From a virus (lineage: Duplodnaviria > Caudoviricetes), in the IMG/VR virus record IMGVR_UViG_3300025296_001836, positions 1 through 28,509 of that record: a DNA stretch of 28,509 nucleotides. The stretch is one strand, 5' to 3'. The translations under genes were made by a program, and so were the position numbers. Positions 16,078 to 25,637 of this stretch are shown piece after piece (within the stretch, counting starts at the first letter, position 1; every line of letters begins with the position of its first letter). The notes under the pieces are model-generated. The model did not search any database. It worked only from the letters and a program-made list of their open reading frames with translations, and was not told the DNA's origin.

Positions 16078-16437
16078 CTATGTGACTGTGATAACGATAT
16101 TATAGGTTCGGTCACCGGCAGCGTATGCCGCTGCATGAGCTATTGTAAGTGTTCGAGCAGCTAATGCCTGCAGTAGGCGTTTGACCAGGTCCGGCAGTTT
16201 GTTAGTACCATATGCCGACTCGTCAAGTACCACACGGATACCGAAGTCGGCGGAAGTACCTCCTACAGTGACAGTAACTTCGTTTGTGGAGGTGGAGCCA
16301 GCAACGTAAGTCGCGGCGTATACTAGACTCAGTGTATCTATAGATAGAGACTGTAGGACCTCTCTAACTATATCAGACTTGTCATCTGCTGATAGAGATG
16401 AGTCGCCAAGTATCTCAACACCGTAGTCTGTAGCCAC
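16078..16437 (-). CDS. Hypothetical protein made of two tandem ~58-aa repeats
   Basis: GTG start with SD AGGAG. DYGVEI..D...DIV..VLQSL...TLSL..AATYVAG aligns with DFGIRV..D...DLV..LLQAL...TLTI..AAAYAAG. Confidence 0.8.
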   Translation of the reverse strand: MATDYGVEILGDSSLSADDKSDIVREVLQSLSIDTLSLVYAATYVAGSTSTNEVTVTVGGTSADFGIRVVLDESAYGTNKLPDLVKRLLQALAARTLTIAHAAAYAAGDRTYNIVITVT

Positions 16438-16454
16438 TACTAACTCCTAATTAT

Positions 16455-16488
16455 GGGGGAGAGAGGTGGAGCCTAACCCCTCTCCCCC
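16455..16488 (-). terminator. 12-bp GC-rich hairpin after the capsid/decoration genes (terminator or mRNA stabiliser)
   Basis: On the - strand, GGGGGAGAGGGG-(10-nt loop)-CCTCTCTCCCCC followed by ATAATT. There is no real U tract. Confidence 0.6.
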
Positions 16489-16500
16489 GAGCCAGGAAGG

Positions 16501-17322
16501 TTATTCTAACGTTAGGAAGATAAGGCTGAACTCCGTAGTCGGCCCTACGTCCATTACGTAACCGACTTCAGCCTCGTCCTCAGCAGTCCCGTCGCGGTCC
16601 AAAGGCTCAACTGCCCCGGCAACACCGTCACTCGCCCTTACGTGCTGACCGATAACAACTGTACCGTCGGTAAGCACTGCAGCAGGCCCACGGGTCTGTA
16701 CCCAGCCAAAGCTGCCGTCTGCTCCCACACCTAGCCCCGCGCCTACCAGGACTCCCGTCACGGTGGTAGGCATCTGAATGACTTCTTTGTACCGGCTCTT
16801 GATCAGAGCTACGGTTGCACCAGATATAGCCAAAGCTAAACCTGGGTCCCACAGAGTAAACAGGGAGTTACTGGCCGGCGCATCGTGGGACTTAATCGGG
16901 TACCGATAGCCTTTACCAGTGCCAGTCTCTATCTTCATGAAGCCGCCAGCGTACTCGTCCTTGACAAGAGTGATAGTGTCCGAGAACGAGATTAACGTGG
17001 CTCCCTTGGCCTGCGAAGCGCCAGAGCCAGTTCCGTTGGAGTTAAGGTCGTCGTGAGCTCCGTCTGGGCCCTCAGCCTGAATCATGTCGCCGGCGGCAGT
17101 GGTATTTCCAAACTCCACGTACCGGTAAACCGCGTCTATTGACGGGTCCCAGATCATGGAGCCTATCGGGAACTTCTGCGTTGTGGTGACTACATGCAGC
17201 TCGTTATCTTTGATGAGCGACTCGAGTCCCTGGATAGGACCGGCAAAGACCGCATCCCTAGCAAGGATCAAAGTCAGCCCGTTCTCATTTTGAATCCACG
17301 GCATTGTCCGTAATTTGACCAT
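16501..17322 (-). CDS. Putative capsid decoration/cement protein
   Basis: 273 aa, Gly-rich, directly after the MCP with strong SD AGGAGGAGG. YRYV..G and FGWVQTRGPAAVL motifs are typical of post-MCP decoration proteins. Confidence 0.7.
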   Translation of the reverse strand: MVKLRTMPWIQNENGLTLILARDAVFAGPIQGLESLIKDNELHVVTTTQKFPIGSMIWDPSIDAVYRYVEFGNTTAAGDMIQAEGPDGAHDDLNSNGTGSGASQAKGATLISFSDTITLVKDEYAGGFMKIETGTGKGYRYPIKSHDAPASNSLFTLWDPGLALAISGATVALIKSRYKEVIQMPTTVTGVLVGAGLGVGADGSFGWVQTRGPAAVLTDGTVVIGQHVRASDGVAGAVEPLDRDGTAEDEAEVGYVMDVGPTTEFSLIFLTLE

Positions 17323-17403
17323 TTTCCAGCCTCCTCCTATGGTCTATCTATCTCCCATACGGGAATCCCACCCGTTAACTGCAGGGAACAGTACTACTAG
17401 CTG

Positions 17404-18441
17404 CTAAGGAGTGACTTCGGCGTCGGTTATGTCGTAGATGCGGCCAAGACTGTGCTGCGCTCCCAGCGTCGGAGCAAGATACGACACAACCCGCTCACCT
17501 CCGGAGTCGTAGTCTTCAAGCACCGGGAATGATGTCCGTTTGAACACCTCACCTACGTCACGACCAGCACCCCCGAATAACAGAGCAACTCCACCGTCTT
17601 CGGTCTGGCCAAACCTTATCCCGAATATGGTGAACATCTCAGTACCGGAAGTATTCTTGGCTCGTATGTCGGAGCCTACACCGGTATTGGCCTGCTCGGC
17701 AACTAGGAAGTCCGACCTAACTATCGGTACTCCCCGGAACATGGTGATTTCTTGGCCGGCTTCACCTAGCATGCTTGAAGCCTGCAGCATGTGGTGGGTT
17801 ACGCCTGAGCGGACCAATCCGCCTTCAGCATAACCCGCGTCGATACGGTCTGCGATCTGGCTGGGGACAAGCAGTATAACGTTGTCCTTGCCCAGAGTGT
17901 GAATCTTCATGGCTGTGAGAAGAAGTCTAAGGTTAGACAGTGCAAGAGCTCCTTCACCCTCGTCTATGTCTAGGTTCCCAGTGTTCTCCTCGGCCATAGC
18001 GTGGAGTCCGTCAAACTCCTTAGCGCTGCCGTACGTCACGTCTCCGTAGATCAGCTTGTCCTCGACGAACCGAGTGGCTCGCTTGACTAGCTGCTGAATC
18101 ATGGTTGCTCGGTAGTCGTTGATGTTGGTATACGTGTCAGCAACGAAGTTGTCCAGGGCGTCCTGGCGAGCAACACGCTTCAGTGGGGTCGTGATCTGAT
18201 CGAGGTCAGCGTCTGAATTCCAGGTGATCTGCTCTCGAATGTCTACGAACTCTGCCCCGTCAGAGGCAGTCCAGGACTTCTCCCGATTGTAGACGAGATC
18301 CTTACCATTCACCTGTTTAACGGGCATCCTGGGTACCAGCTGCCCGCCTTCGATAACAGTCTGAATGATGCCTTTAAGCATCATGGATTGAGTGAGCTTC
18401 TCGGCTTCAGCAAGGCTCGCCCAGTGACCTACTACTGCCAT
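17404..18441 (-). CDS. Major capsid protein (HK97 fold)
   Basis: 345 aa after the scaffold gene. SLAEAEKL, G..LVYNRE, LIYGD, EFDGL and FRGVPIVRSDF patterns. Confidence 0.88.
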   Translation of the reverse strand: MAVVGHWASLAEAEKLTQSMMLKGIIQTVIEGGQLVPRMPVKQVNGKDLVYNREKSWTASDGAEFVDIREQITWNSDADLDQITTPLKRVARQDALDNFVADTYTNINDYRATMIQQLVKRATRFVEDKLIYGDVTYGSAKEFDGLHAMAEENTGNLDIDEGEGALALSNLRLLLTAMKIHTLGKDNVILLVPSQIADRIDAGYAEGGLVRSGVTHHMLQASSMLGEAGQEITMFRGVPIVRSDFLVAEQANTGVGSDIRAKNTSGTEMFTIFGIRFGQTEDGGVALLFGGAGRDVGEVFKRTSFPVLEDYDSGGERVVSYLAPTLGAQHSLGRIYDITDAEVTP

Positions 18442-18464
18442 TGCCTTATTCCTTTCTGCTTAGG

Positions 18465-18977
18465 TTAATCTGCAGCTAGTGATGCTGCGATAGTCTCCCT
18501 GGCAGAAAGGTCGGATGGCGGCGCGTTGGGTCCGCTACCCGCATCGAGGTTCTTGGGATCTGGAGCCTCGGTTTTAACTGCTGGGAGAACCTTCTCTAGA
18601 GCGTCCAGCTGGTCTTCACTCATGTCTTTCAGACTGTCTTCTTTCAGTCCGTGACGCTCCATAAGTTGACTTCGGCGGGTCTCGGACAGCTTAGCACTAG
18701 TCTCAGCTAAAGTCTTGGTTGTCTCCTCGACCTTAGCATTAGCTGTACTTAGCTGAGCTTTGACTTCCTCAGCCTCCTTAAGTTGGGCCTCTACAGCAGT
18801 TCTTGCTGTCGTCAGCGCATCCATATCGCTAGTGAGCTTAGTGATTTTCTCGTTAAGCTCAGTAACTTCGGAAGCGTGACTTCTCTTCAGAGCTATGAGG
18901 TCAGACTCAGGTACCGTCCCATTGGATGCACCGTTATTGCCTGCGTCACTGCTTGAAGAATCTTGGCCGTCTGGCAT
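18465..18977 (-). CDS. Capsid scaffolding protein
   Basis: Acidic N-tail, VPESDL, long coiled coil and Pro/Gly C-tail, directly before the MCP. Start reassigned to ATG 18977 (SD GGAGG; downstream of the promoter). Confidence 0.8.
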   Translation of the reverse strand: MPDGQDSSSSDAGNNGASNGTVPESDLIALKRSHASEVTELNEKITKLTSDMDALTTARTAVEAQLKEAEEVKAQLSTANAKVEETTKTLAETSAKLSETRRSQLMERHGLKEDSLKDMSEDQLDALEKVLPAVKTEAPDPKNLDAGSGPNAPPSDLSARETIAASLAAD

Positions 18978-18994
18978 AATACCCTCCATCATCC

Positions 18995-19023
18995 AGTTTA
19001 TCATACAAGGGTTGCGATGTCAA
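18995..19023 (-). promoter_or_regulatory. Sigma70-type promoter for scaffold-capsid-decoration genes
   Basis: On the - strand, TTGACA (19023-19018), 17-nt spacer ending in TGa (extended -10), TAAACT (19000-18995). Confidence 0.8.
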
Positions 19024-19040
19024 CATTAGGTGTGTGCTTG

Positions 19041-22000
19041 TTATTCTTCCTCTTTTATGAATCCATAATTAGTCCTCAGCCTCCGCCATGCTTCGCGACC
19101 TTTATTACTTACCGGCTGTCTGCCCGTCCAGAGTACTAACCTCGCATCCATCTCTGGATCAAGCATACGCAGACGGCGACGGAATTCTGTCAGCTTAGAC
19201 TGAAACTGAGATACGATATTATCTCCAGCATCATTCGTTTCGGCTAGCAGCTCTCTCCTCTCATCCACGTCGTCTGTAGCATTAGCTCTACGAACCACAG
19301 CCTGGTCATCTTCGGGGAGTTGGCTTAGTACCAAGTCAAAGGTGTTCTGATAAGGCCTCACATACTGTTCGTAGTCCTCCCGCCGATGACGTTCGAGAGG
19401 AGACTCTGATCCTCTAATCCGCTTGTTAAACGACTCCTGGCGGCTTGGAGGAACCGCACCAGCAATCATTTGACGGGTGAGGAAGAACCTATCCCAGTCT
19501 GGAGTGATCTGGCCTATCTCTGGGTCTAGACGTTCTTCAAGCTCAACCTGGAAGTATAAAGCTATTAGCTCGCTCTCCACGTCCATGAGTATGGGATCAT
19601 AGCCCATGAGTTTGGACCATTCTTTACGCTCATCTAACGTCAACGGTATGACTACGTCTTCTCCGTCAACTTCTGATATGAACCTAGGGTCAGCCTGCTT
19701 ATCTTGTATAACCTGATGTACTCGCTCGTTCAGCTTTCGCGTCTCTGCAAGCCACCATTGACGGTCCCGTAAGCCGCTGAGCCATTCCGAGTCTAGGTTA
19801 TACTGAGCCTGGCTAGTAGAGTTAGATTCTCTCTCAACCTCATCCCAGAACTGACGATATATAGCTAAAGTCTGTCCTAGTTCAGACTCTTGGAGATAAC
19901 CGGAAGCTCCACGGAATTGAGTGAATCCCTCAAGCTCTCGTACTATCTCCTTACACTCAAACGGGACACCTATGAATTCTTCTAACCTCAGCCCTGCCCG
20001 TTGAGCTTGCTCTTGAACCGCCTCCGTTATGCCCGTACACTCGGATATGACCCGTCTAGCGTCACGCTCGAACTTGAGTCTCTCTTCAGGTCTGAATCTT
20101 AATAGCCCCATGTGAATGTTGACTAAGTTGAATTGAGCTACCTCTCGCTGACCCTTAGCCCACCAAGCTTCATCATCCTCGGTCAGCTTAGTACCAGACA
20201 CTCTTTTGGTTAGTATATCTAGGCCCGGTCCTCCAAGCTTACCTACGGCCTGGCTAACCTGGTAGTCTCTAAACCTATTAGGCATAAGCTGCTCAAGTAT
20301 AGTCTTAGCTGACGCACTATCCGGGCGAGCAGCTATATAAGCTTCCAAGGGAGTTTGGATTAGTGGAGGTATAATCTCACCTAGCTGACTCTGACCGGTA
20401 GCGGCTCCAAACGCCGCAAAGCTTCCCGAGATAAATATATTAGGATAGAATCCAAACCGACTCATCTGGTCAAAGGCTGATGCTAGACCAGGTACTCGGT
20501 CGTAGAAGTCTGGATAGTCCCGCTGAATTAGCCGCCTCATCCCGCCCATCCAGATAGTTCCACGGAGGAAGTTAACCTCCCAGCCTCCAAGTGGAGTCCT
20601 CACATATCCGTTATCGGTGTAGTCTTGATACTTAGCTAACGACGCCTGCATACCTGGGGTGCGAACGAAGCTTCTAGCCAACCAGAACATTCTATGAGTC
20701 TCATAAGTCCAGAATGGGAATATTGCTCGTCCTACGGCGTTAACTGCTGTGGCGCTAGTGTAGTCTGGGAAGTCTAGCTCAAACTGCTTGCTTGTGCGAT
20801 CGAACGCTCGTTGACGGCGAGTTCTCCACGAGTCATCAAATAGCTCGGGTGCTTCAGTCCTAAGTCTACTCCTCACACGATCACCGAATTTCTTAAGTGA
20901 AGCCCTTCCTTGCTGGGGTAGTAGACTCCGACTACGTTGGCCCAGGCTTATAAGCTCTCTCTTTAATGCTTGTACCTGAGCTATACGAGGTCCGGCTACA
21001 CCTGCTACTCCAGGAGACTGTCTCATACCTTGAAGTATCTCGTCATACACCTGGCCTATAGCAGGCTTTGTAAATCCTAAAGCTTCAGGCAGTGTTCCAG
21101 GACTAACCGCTTGATCTCTAGCCATGACGGTCTTGGCTCTAGCGTATACCTGCTCTACCCAGAGTAGCCTATCCTTAAACGCTCCTATCTCTGGGATATA
21201 GAGCCCCCGCGATAAGTCGGTAGGTACTGAGTTAAATAGCTCTGAAATGTGAGCTAGAGTCAGTTCACCGTCACTCACGTTACGTATTTTGCCTAGAGGA
21301 AGATTCCCAGTACGAGCCTGCGACTCTAGTGTCTCAGCTGACGACTCTGCCATAGGAGATCTCATCCTCTCCCAAAGAGCGTCGCGGCTAAGGTCAAACT
21401 CTCGCCACCAAGCCTCGATTTCAGGGTGAGTTGTAGTAGGTTTTCCACCGGAAGCACGAATCTTAGCTTCAAGTGTCTTAAGCTCAGATGTTAGCCTCTG
21501 TGTTAGGTTCATCTGCTCAAGTCTCACTTCACGAATAAGAGCAAAATGACGTAGATGTTGGTCGAGAAGCTGCTCGTATTGGGTCCGCGTAGCGTCATCC
21601 AGTCCTAGTCCTGAAGGCCTGGCTTCAAACACTGACGCCGGTACGACCTGCTCCGGTCCAAACAGCTGCCCACCTCCTCCTATACGAACACCTCTAAACT
21701 CAGTTATCTCCGGATGCAGGATAGTTAGCTCTCTACCCAACTGCCTCACAGCAGATACACCTAAGTCACCGACATCACTCCCAAAAAGAGCAACCTCAGC
21801 ACTTCCTAACTCATCCCCAATAGTGAGATTCAACTTCGTTACAAAGTTACCTTCTAGATCTTCGACTACATATGCAACGGCCCGAGTGCCTGGCTCTATG
21901 ACTGGAACCTCTTCAGGGTCTATCTCAACTCGTCTAAGCCTAAACCGGCTAGGTTGCCGTGAAGTAGACTCTATAGCTCCTTTCAGCATAGTCACATACT

Positions 22001-25000
22001 GCTCTACACGCTCGCCAGAATCCTTAATGAAGGGTGCTAGTACTCCCTCCCACATCTCGTCGTGTATCCGGACTTTAACAGCTCGGTTAAGGATATTATC
22101 TGTATACTCCTTAGTCGCACGAAGTTGAGTGTGTATAAGATCTCCCGCGTTCTCAGTGATAAAGTGTAGCGTCTGCACGTAGGAGTCGAACTCAGCTTGA
22201 GTAGTCGGAGGATTCTCCATTAGTGCATCGACTAGGGAGTTTAACCTCTGCCTCCCCAGCTCTGGCCCATGCAACACTTCCTGCATGATGAGCTCTTCAA
22301 CGTCATCGAAGGTCTGGCTAAGCTGTGGAAATAGCTGGTCGGACTCTAGCTTAGCTATGATATGATCTGAGCCGGTAGGACCTATATCTGGATACTGAGA
22401 GACTAACTCTCTAACCTTGGCAGCTCTAACCTTCCCAGGAGTGAAGTCGTCGCCCAAGCGACTAAGCGAGTCTGCTAAGGTTGTGGCTCTGAGCTCTGCC
22501 TCCTTGGTTACCTGCCTTATAACCTTGGCGTCGACCCCAGCTGCTAGAGTACTGGCTTCTTCCTGGATTATCCGATCTACAGTACTCATAACATCAGGAG
22601 CGTCGCGCCAGAGCTCCCGTGCGATTCCACGGTTTAGGTAGTTGCCTTGCTGCTGGAGACCCACCTTAGCTCCAGTGTTTATCAAAGCTTCTTCCAGTCC
22701 GCCATAGAACTTCTGCCAGGCTGTTAGCCTTCTACGGGAAGCCCGTCGGTAAGCATTATCACTCATAAACGGAAGCTTACCCTTAACCGCACGTAGAGTG
22801 TCGGATATAGGCAGTGATCCTAGCTCCAGAGTTACTCCCGCAGCTTCTTCAAATACGGGTTGTCTCCCACTGAGCCCGGTAGTCCTAAATACGAGCTCGC
22901 GAGCCTGGTTACCTTCATACATAGGATTAAGCCCTGCGTATATAGTCTTGGACCCGTTCTCCATTACGTTGAATGGAGAGTAGAACGTAAACATGAGGTA
23001 CATTCTGGCGGCCCCGCGACTGACCTTATCCAAGTGATTGGCCCAGATAGCTGTAAGTCTGGCGCCTGCTTGAGCTATTGGAGCACCCATAGCAGCTTGC
23101 TGAATCTTTGTCGGTACACTGCTGCTACGATAGCCTGCTTCAGTGTTAGCTCTCACATGGTCGAATACACGGCTGTAGAGGTTAGGGACAGAACTCGCGT
23201 CGTCAACGATGGCTAGTGCACGAGTGTCGACTTGGTCTACTACTTCCTGGATAATGGCTTTAGATGTAGTAGGCGTAGGAGTAACACTTCCCATACCTTG
23301 AAGCTCTGGAAACTCTCGCAGCATCCACCTCTGAGCTATATCAGCGGTATTAGGACTTGTATCACGAACAAGATTAGCTGGGCCGTCTCTAAACCTCTTG
23401 GGTTGTTGGGTTACAAACTCCTCAAACGCTTCAGCGAAGAACTCCTCCTGATTTCTGGGACTAAGATTAGGATGAATACTTGAGAATCGCTTCAGTATTG
23501 ACGGATCGTCTATATGTATAGCATGGGCTATTTCATGAGCAACCTGACTTCTCACTCCTATAGCTGTACTGGGATACACATAAACTTTCCTAGTAACACG
23601 GTCTAGGCTGACATCTAACGAGGATTCCGCCAAAGCAAAGTCATTTATCCTAGATCCAATATTAGTTTCTGTGTGCCTAGTACGTTTAGTTAGCTCCTCA
23701 AAGAAGGTTACAGCCTCATCAATTGTACCTACCTCTGATAATACTGGAAGATTTTCAGGCTTAGGGGTTCTTGCAACATCTAGCATTAGACTTGCCGCCT
23801 CGTCGACAGTAACCACTCTACCGTCTAATCCCATAGTCTGCCCGAGTAAGTCGTCAAGCTGTAGTATCTGATTAGCGTCTAACCCGTCAACTCCTAACCT
23901 TCTCGCCCAGTCTGCAGCCTGCTCAGCTGTAACTGGGTCCCTAGTCCTTAGTATCCTCCCTGCAGCAGTGAAGTCGTCTACCACTCCTGGGTTAGCCTTC
24001 TGCGCCCCCATTGACTGACGGAGGGCTTCTTGAGCTTCTTCTAGAGGTATGTCTCTAAATACTCTCTGCATCCCAGTGTTTCTAGCACTGAATGTCTCGA
24101 CTGAAGCCTTAACCACCCCCAGTGCAGCCCGTGTTTCTGCTGCTAGTACTGCATCTAGCGGCTTAGGCACCGCATGATACATACCCCTCTTGAGCCCCAA
24201 GAACGCCAAGTCCGTCCCCCGCATGAAGCCAGTCTCAATACCCGCTAGCACTGGCCCTACCTTGGGAATAGGCCTCACAATGTTGGCATACATGCCAAAG
24301 CCGAAGTAGCTAATCGGGTCTACTAGCACCTCCGTCATGAACTTCTTAAACCCGTTAGCGTGATGATTCTCAAAGGCATAGCCTAGAGCCTCCCAGGAGT
24401 TGAAGTCTGGGCTAGCACTGGCCTGCTCATAAATCCTGGTGAATTCGTGGAGCTCCTGCTCGCTGGGCTTCAGCCAGTCAAAGGTAGCTATACCTTCAAC
24501 TCGGCCAAGTGCTCCTCCTATCAGGGGTACCTCACCCAGTATAGGATCCTGCTTAACCCCCGCAATATGGCGGATAAATGCTCCCGATAGAGGCTTAGTC
24601 ACGTTATCAATATAGTAGTTGGCAGGTATTAGCATAAACGCTAGAGGCTTACTTAGCATATCCCGAACTACTCGGTCAGTAATCATTCTTTCTAGAACAT
24701 CAATCTCTGTATTAGCTAGACTACTCTGCATAACTGCCAGTCGAGCGTCATTCTTGACTAGAGACTCTCTCAAGTTAGTGAGGTTATCTTGCATAGCATC
24801 GAGTTCAGCCTGAAGTTCATCCTGACCAAATCCAGCATCGGCAAGTAGAGCCCGCTGTTCTGCCGCAGTTACACCTTCAGGTAGCTTAGGCTGGCTGATC
24901 TCAATCATTGTCTCGAGAAGGTCACGACTACTTCCTAGCAGCACCCCGTAGATACTTGCACTTCGTTGACGGCCAACCTGAGCTATGATCTGATCTCGGC

Positions 25001-25637
25001 GGTCTTCGGTCATCTTAGGTCTATCTCTAACTGCAAGCTGCCTAACCGCACGATCCATCATTATACTAGCCCACTGTATATCTTCGCTTGATAGCCCGTC
25101 TACGCCGTATTGAGCTAGAAGCTGCTCAGGAGTCCGCAGAGGGTTATCCCCTTGTACCGCGTTAGGTATGATTTCCAGTATATGCCGCCTCCAGTTGAGG
25201 CTCTTAGCTTCAGTGACTATAGAGAGTGAAGCTTCTTTAATCTGAGTTTGACGTAAGACTTCCTGAGCTATAAATTCGGGAGTCTTAATAGTAGGAACAA
25301 CTGCTGGAGGATTAAGACCTGTTGGATTGAACTGAGCAAACGTGTTAAGGAAGGAAGCTCCCGCTATTTTAAGCTTATCTATCAAACCTAAAGGGTCAGG
25401 CCTTCCTAGCGGAGGAGGTCCTGGCCTGATAGTAGGCTGTATAGCTACATCCGCCGCAGTTCTATCCAGCTCTTGAGTTGGCGCAGGATCCTCTCCAGAC
25501 AGCACTTCCTGCCTACGTCCTAGAGCTATCTGCGCTGAGGTGAGTGTAGCCCGTTCTCTCGTGAACCCTGGGAAAGGTTCAGTCTTAGGGTCTACTCTAG
25601 GTATAATATCTCGTCCGGGCTCTAGTATTTTAGCCAT
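19041..25637 (-). CDS. Giant mostly helical protein, putative internal virion/ejection or polyvalent protein
   Basis: 2,198 aa, starting immediately after the portal stop. Contains a VDPISYFGFG hydrophobic segment, a zincin motif HEIAH...EEFFAEAF and a C-terminal DY...IFPFWTYE region. Confidence 0.7.
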   Translation of the reverse strand: MAKILEPGRDIIPRVDPKTEPFPGFTRERATLTSAQIALGRRQEVLSGEDPAPTQELDRTAADVAIQPTIRPGPPPLGRPDPLGLIDKLKIAGASFLNTFAQFNPTGLNPPAVVPTIKTPEFIAQEVLRQTQIKEASLSIVTEAKSLNWRRHILEIIPNAVQGDNPLRTPEQLLAQYGVDGLSSEDIQWASIMMDRAVRQLAVRDRPKMTEDRRDQIIAQVGRQRSASIYGVLLGSSRDLLETMIEISQPKLPEGVTAAEQRALLADAGFGQDELQAELDAMQDNLTNLRESLVKNDARLAVMQSSLANTEIDVLERMITDRVVRDMLSKPLAFMLIPANYYIDNVTKPLSGAFIRHIAGVKQDPILGEVPLIGGALGRVEGIATFDWLKPSEQELHEFTRIYEQASASPDFNSWEALGYAFENHHANGFKKFMTEVLVDPISYFGFGMYANIVRPIPKVGPVLAGIETGFMRGTDLAFLGLKRGMYHAVPKPLDAVLAAETRAALGVVKASVETFSARNTGMQRVFRDIPLEEAQEALRQSMGAQKANPGVVDDFTAAGRILRTRDPVTAEQAADWARRLGVDGLDANQILQLDDLLGQTMGLDGRVVTVDEAASLMLDVARTPKPENLPVLSEVGTIDEAVTFFEELTKRTRHTETNIGSRINDFALAESSLDVSLDRVTRKVYVYPSTAIGVRSQVAHEIAHAIHIDDPSILKRFSSIHPNLSPRNQEEFFAEAFEEFVTQQPKRFRDGPANLVRDTSPNTADIAQRWMLREFPELQGMGSVTPTPTTSKAIIQEVVDQVDTRALAIVDDASSVPNLYSRVFDHVRANTEAGYRSSSVPTKIQQAAMGAPIAQAGARLTAIWANHLDKVSRGAARMYLMFTFYSPFNVMENGSKTIYAGLNPMYEGNQARELVFRTTGLSGRQPVFEEAAGVTLELGSLPISDTLRAVKGKLPFMSDNAYRRASRRRLTAWQKFYGGLEEALINTGAKVGLQQQGNYLNRGIARELWRDAPDVMSTVDRIIQEEASTLAAGVDAKVIRQVTKEAELRATTLADSLSRLGDDFTPGKVRAAKVRELVSQYPDIGPTGSDHIIAKLESDQLFPQLSQTFDDVEELIMQEVLHGPELGRQRLNSLVDALMENPPTTQAEFDSYVQTLHFITENAGDLIHTQLRATKEYTDNILNRAVKVRIHDEMWEGVLAPFIKDSGERVEQYVTMLKGAIESTSRQPSRFRLRRVEIDPEEVPVIEPGTRAVAYVVEDLEGNFVTKLNLTIGDELGSAEVALFGSDVGDLGVSAVRQLGRELTILHPEITEFRGVRIGGGGQLFGPEQVVPASVFEARPSGLGLDDATRTQYEQLLDQHLRHFALIREVRLEQMNLTQRLTSELKTLEAKIRASGGKPTTTHPEIEAWWREFDLSRDALWERMRSPMAESSAETLESQARTGNLPLGKIRNVSDGELTLAHISELFNSVPTDLSRGLYIPEIGAFKDRLLWVEQVYARAKTVMARDQAVSPGTLPEALGFTKPAIGQVYDEILQGMRQSPGVAGVAGPRIAQVQALKRELISLGQRSRSLLPQQGRASLKKFGDRVRSRLRTEAPELFDDSWRTRRQRAFDRTSKQFELDFPDYTSATAVNAVGRAIFPFWTYETHRMFWLARSFVRTPGMQASLAKYQDYTDNGYVRTPLGGWEVNFLRGTIWMGGMRRLIQRDYPDFYDRVPGLASAFDQMSRFGFYPNIFISGSFAAFGAATGQSQLGEIIPPLIQTPLEAYIAARPDSASAKTILEQLMPNRFRDYQVSQAVGKLGGPGLDILTKRVSGTKLTEDDEAWWAKGQREVAQFNLVNIHMGLLRFRPEERLKFERDARRVISECTGITEAVQEQAQRAGLRLEEFIGVPFECKEIVRELEGFTQFRGASGYLQESELGQTLAIYRQFWDEVERESNSTSQAQYNLDSEWLSGLRDRQWWLAETRKLNERVHQVIQDKQADPRFISEVDGEDVVIPLTLDERKEWSKLMGYDPILMDVESELIALYFQVELEERLDPEIGQITPDWDRFFLTRQMIAGAVPPSRQESFNKRIRGSESPLERHRREDYEQYVRPYQNTFDLVLSQLPEDDQAVVRRANATDDVDERRELLAETNDAGDNIVSQFQSKLTEFRRRLRMLDPEMDARLVLWTGRQPVSNKGREAWRRLRTNYGFIKEEE

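Noticed and set aside
17345-17380. Short hairpins between the MCP and decoration genes
   Set aside because: Only 4-5-bp stems with no U tract, which could arise by chance.
18978-19004. Upstream ATG starts for the scaffold ORF (MINWMMEGI)
   Set aside because: They overlap the predicted -10 element, transcription start and SD. ATG 18977 fits better.
19041-25637. Virion RNA polymerase (N4- or crAss-like) identity for the giant protein
   Set aside because: I could not find a DxDGD/DFDID-type or T7-like polymerase motif set by eye. A profile search would be needed to exclude it fully.
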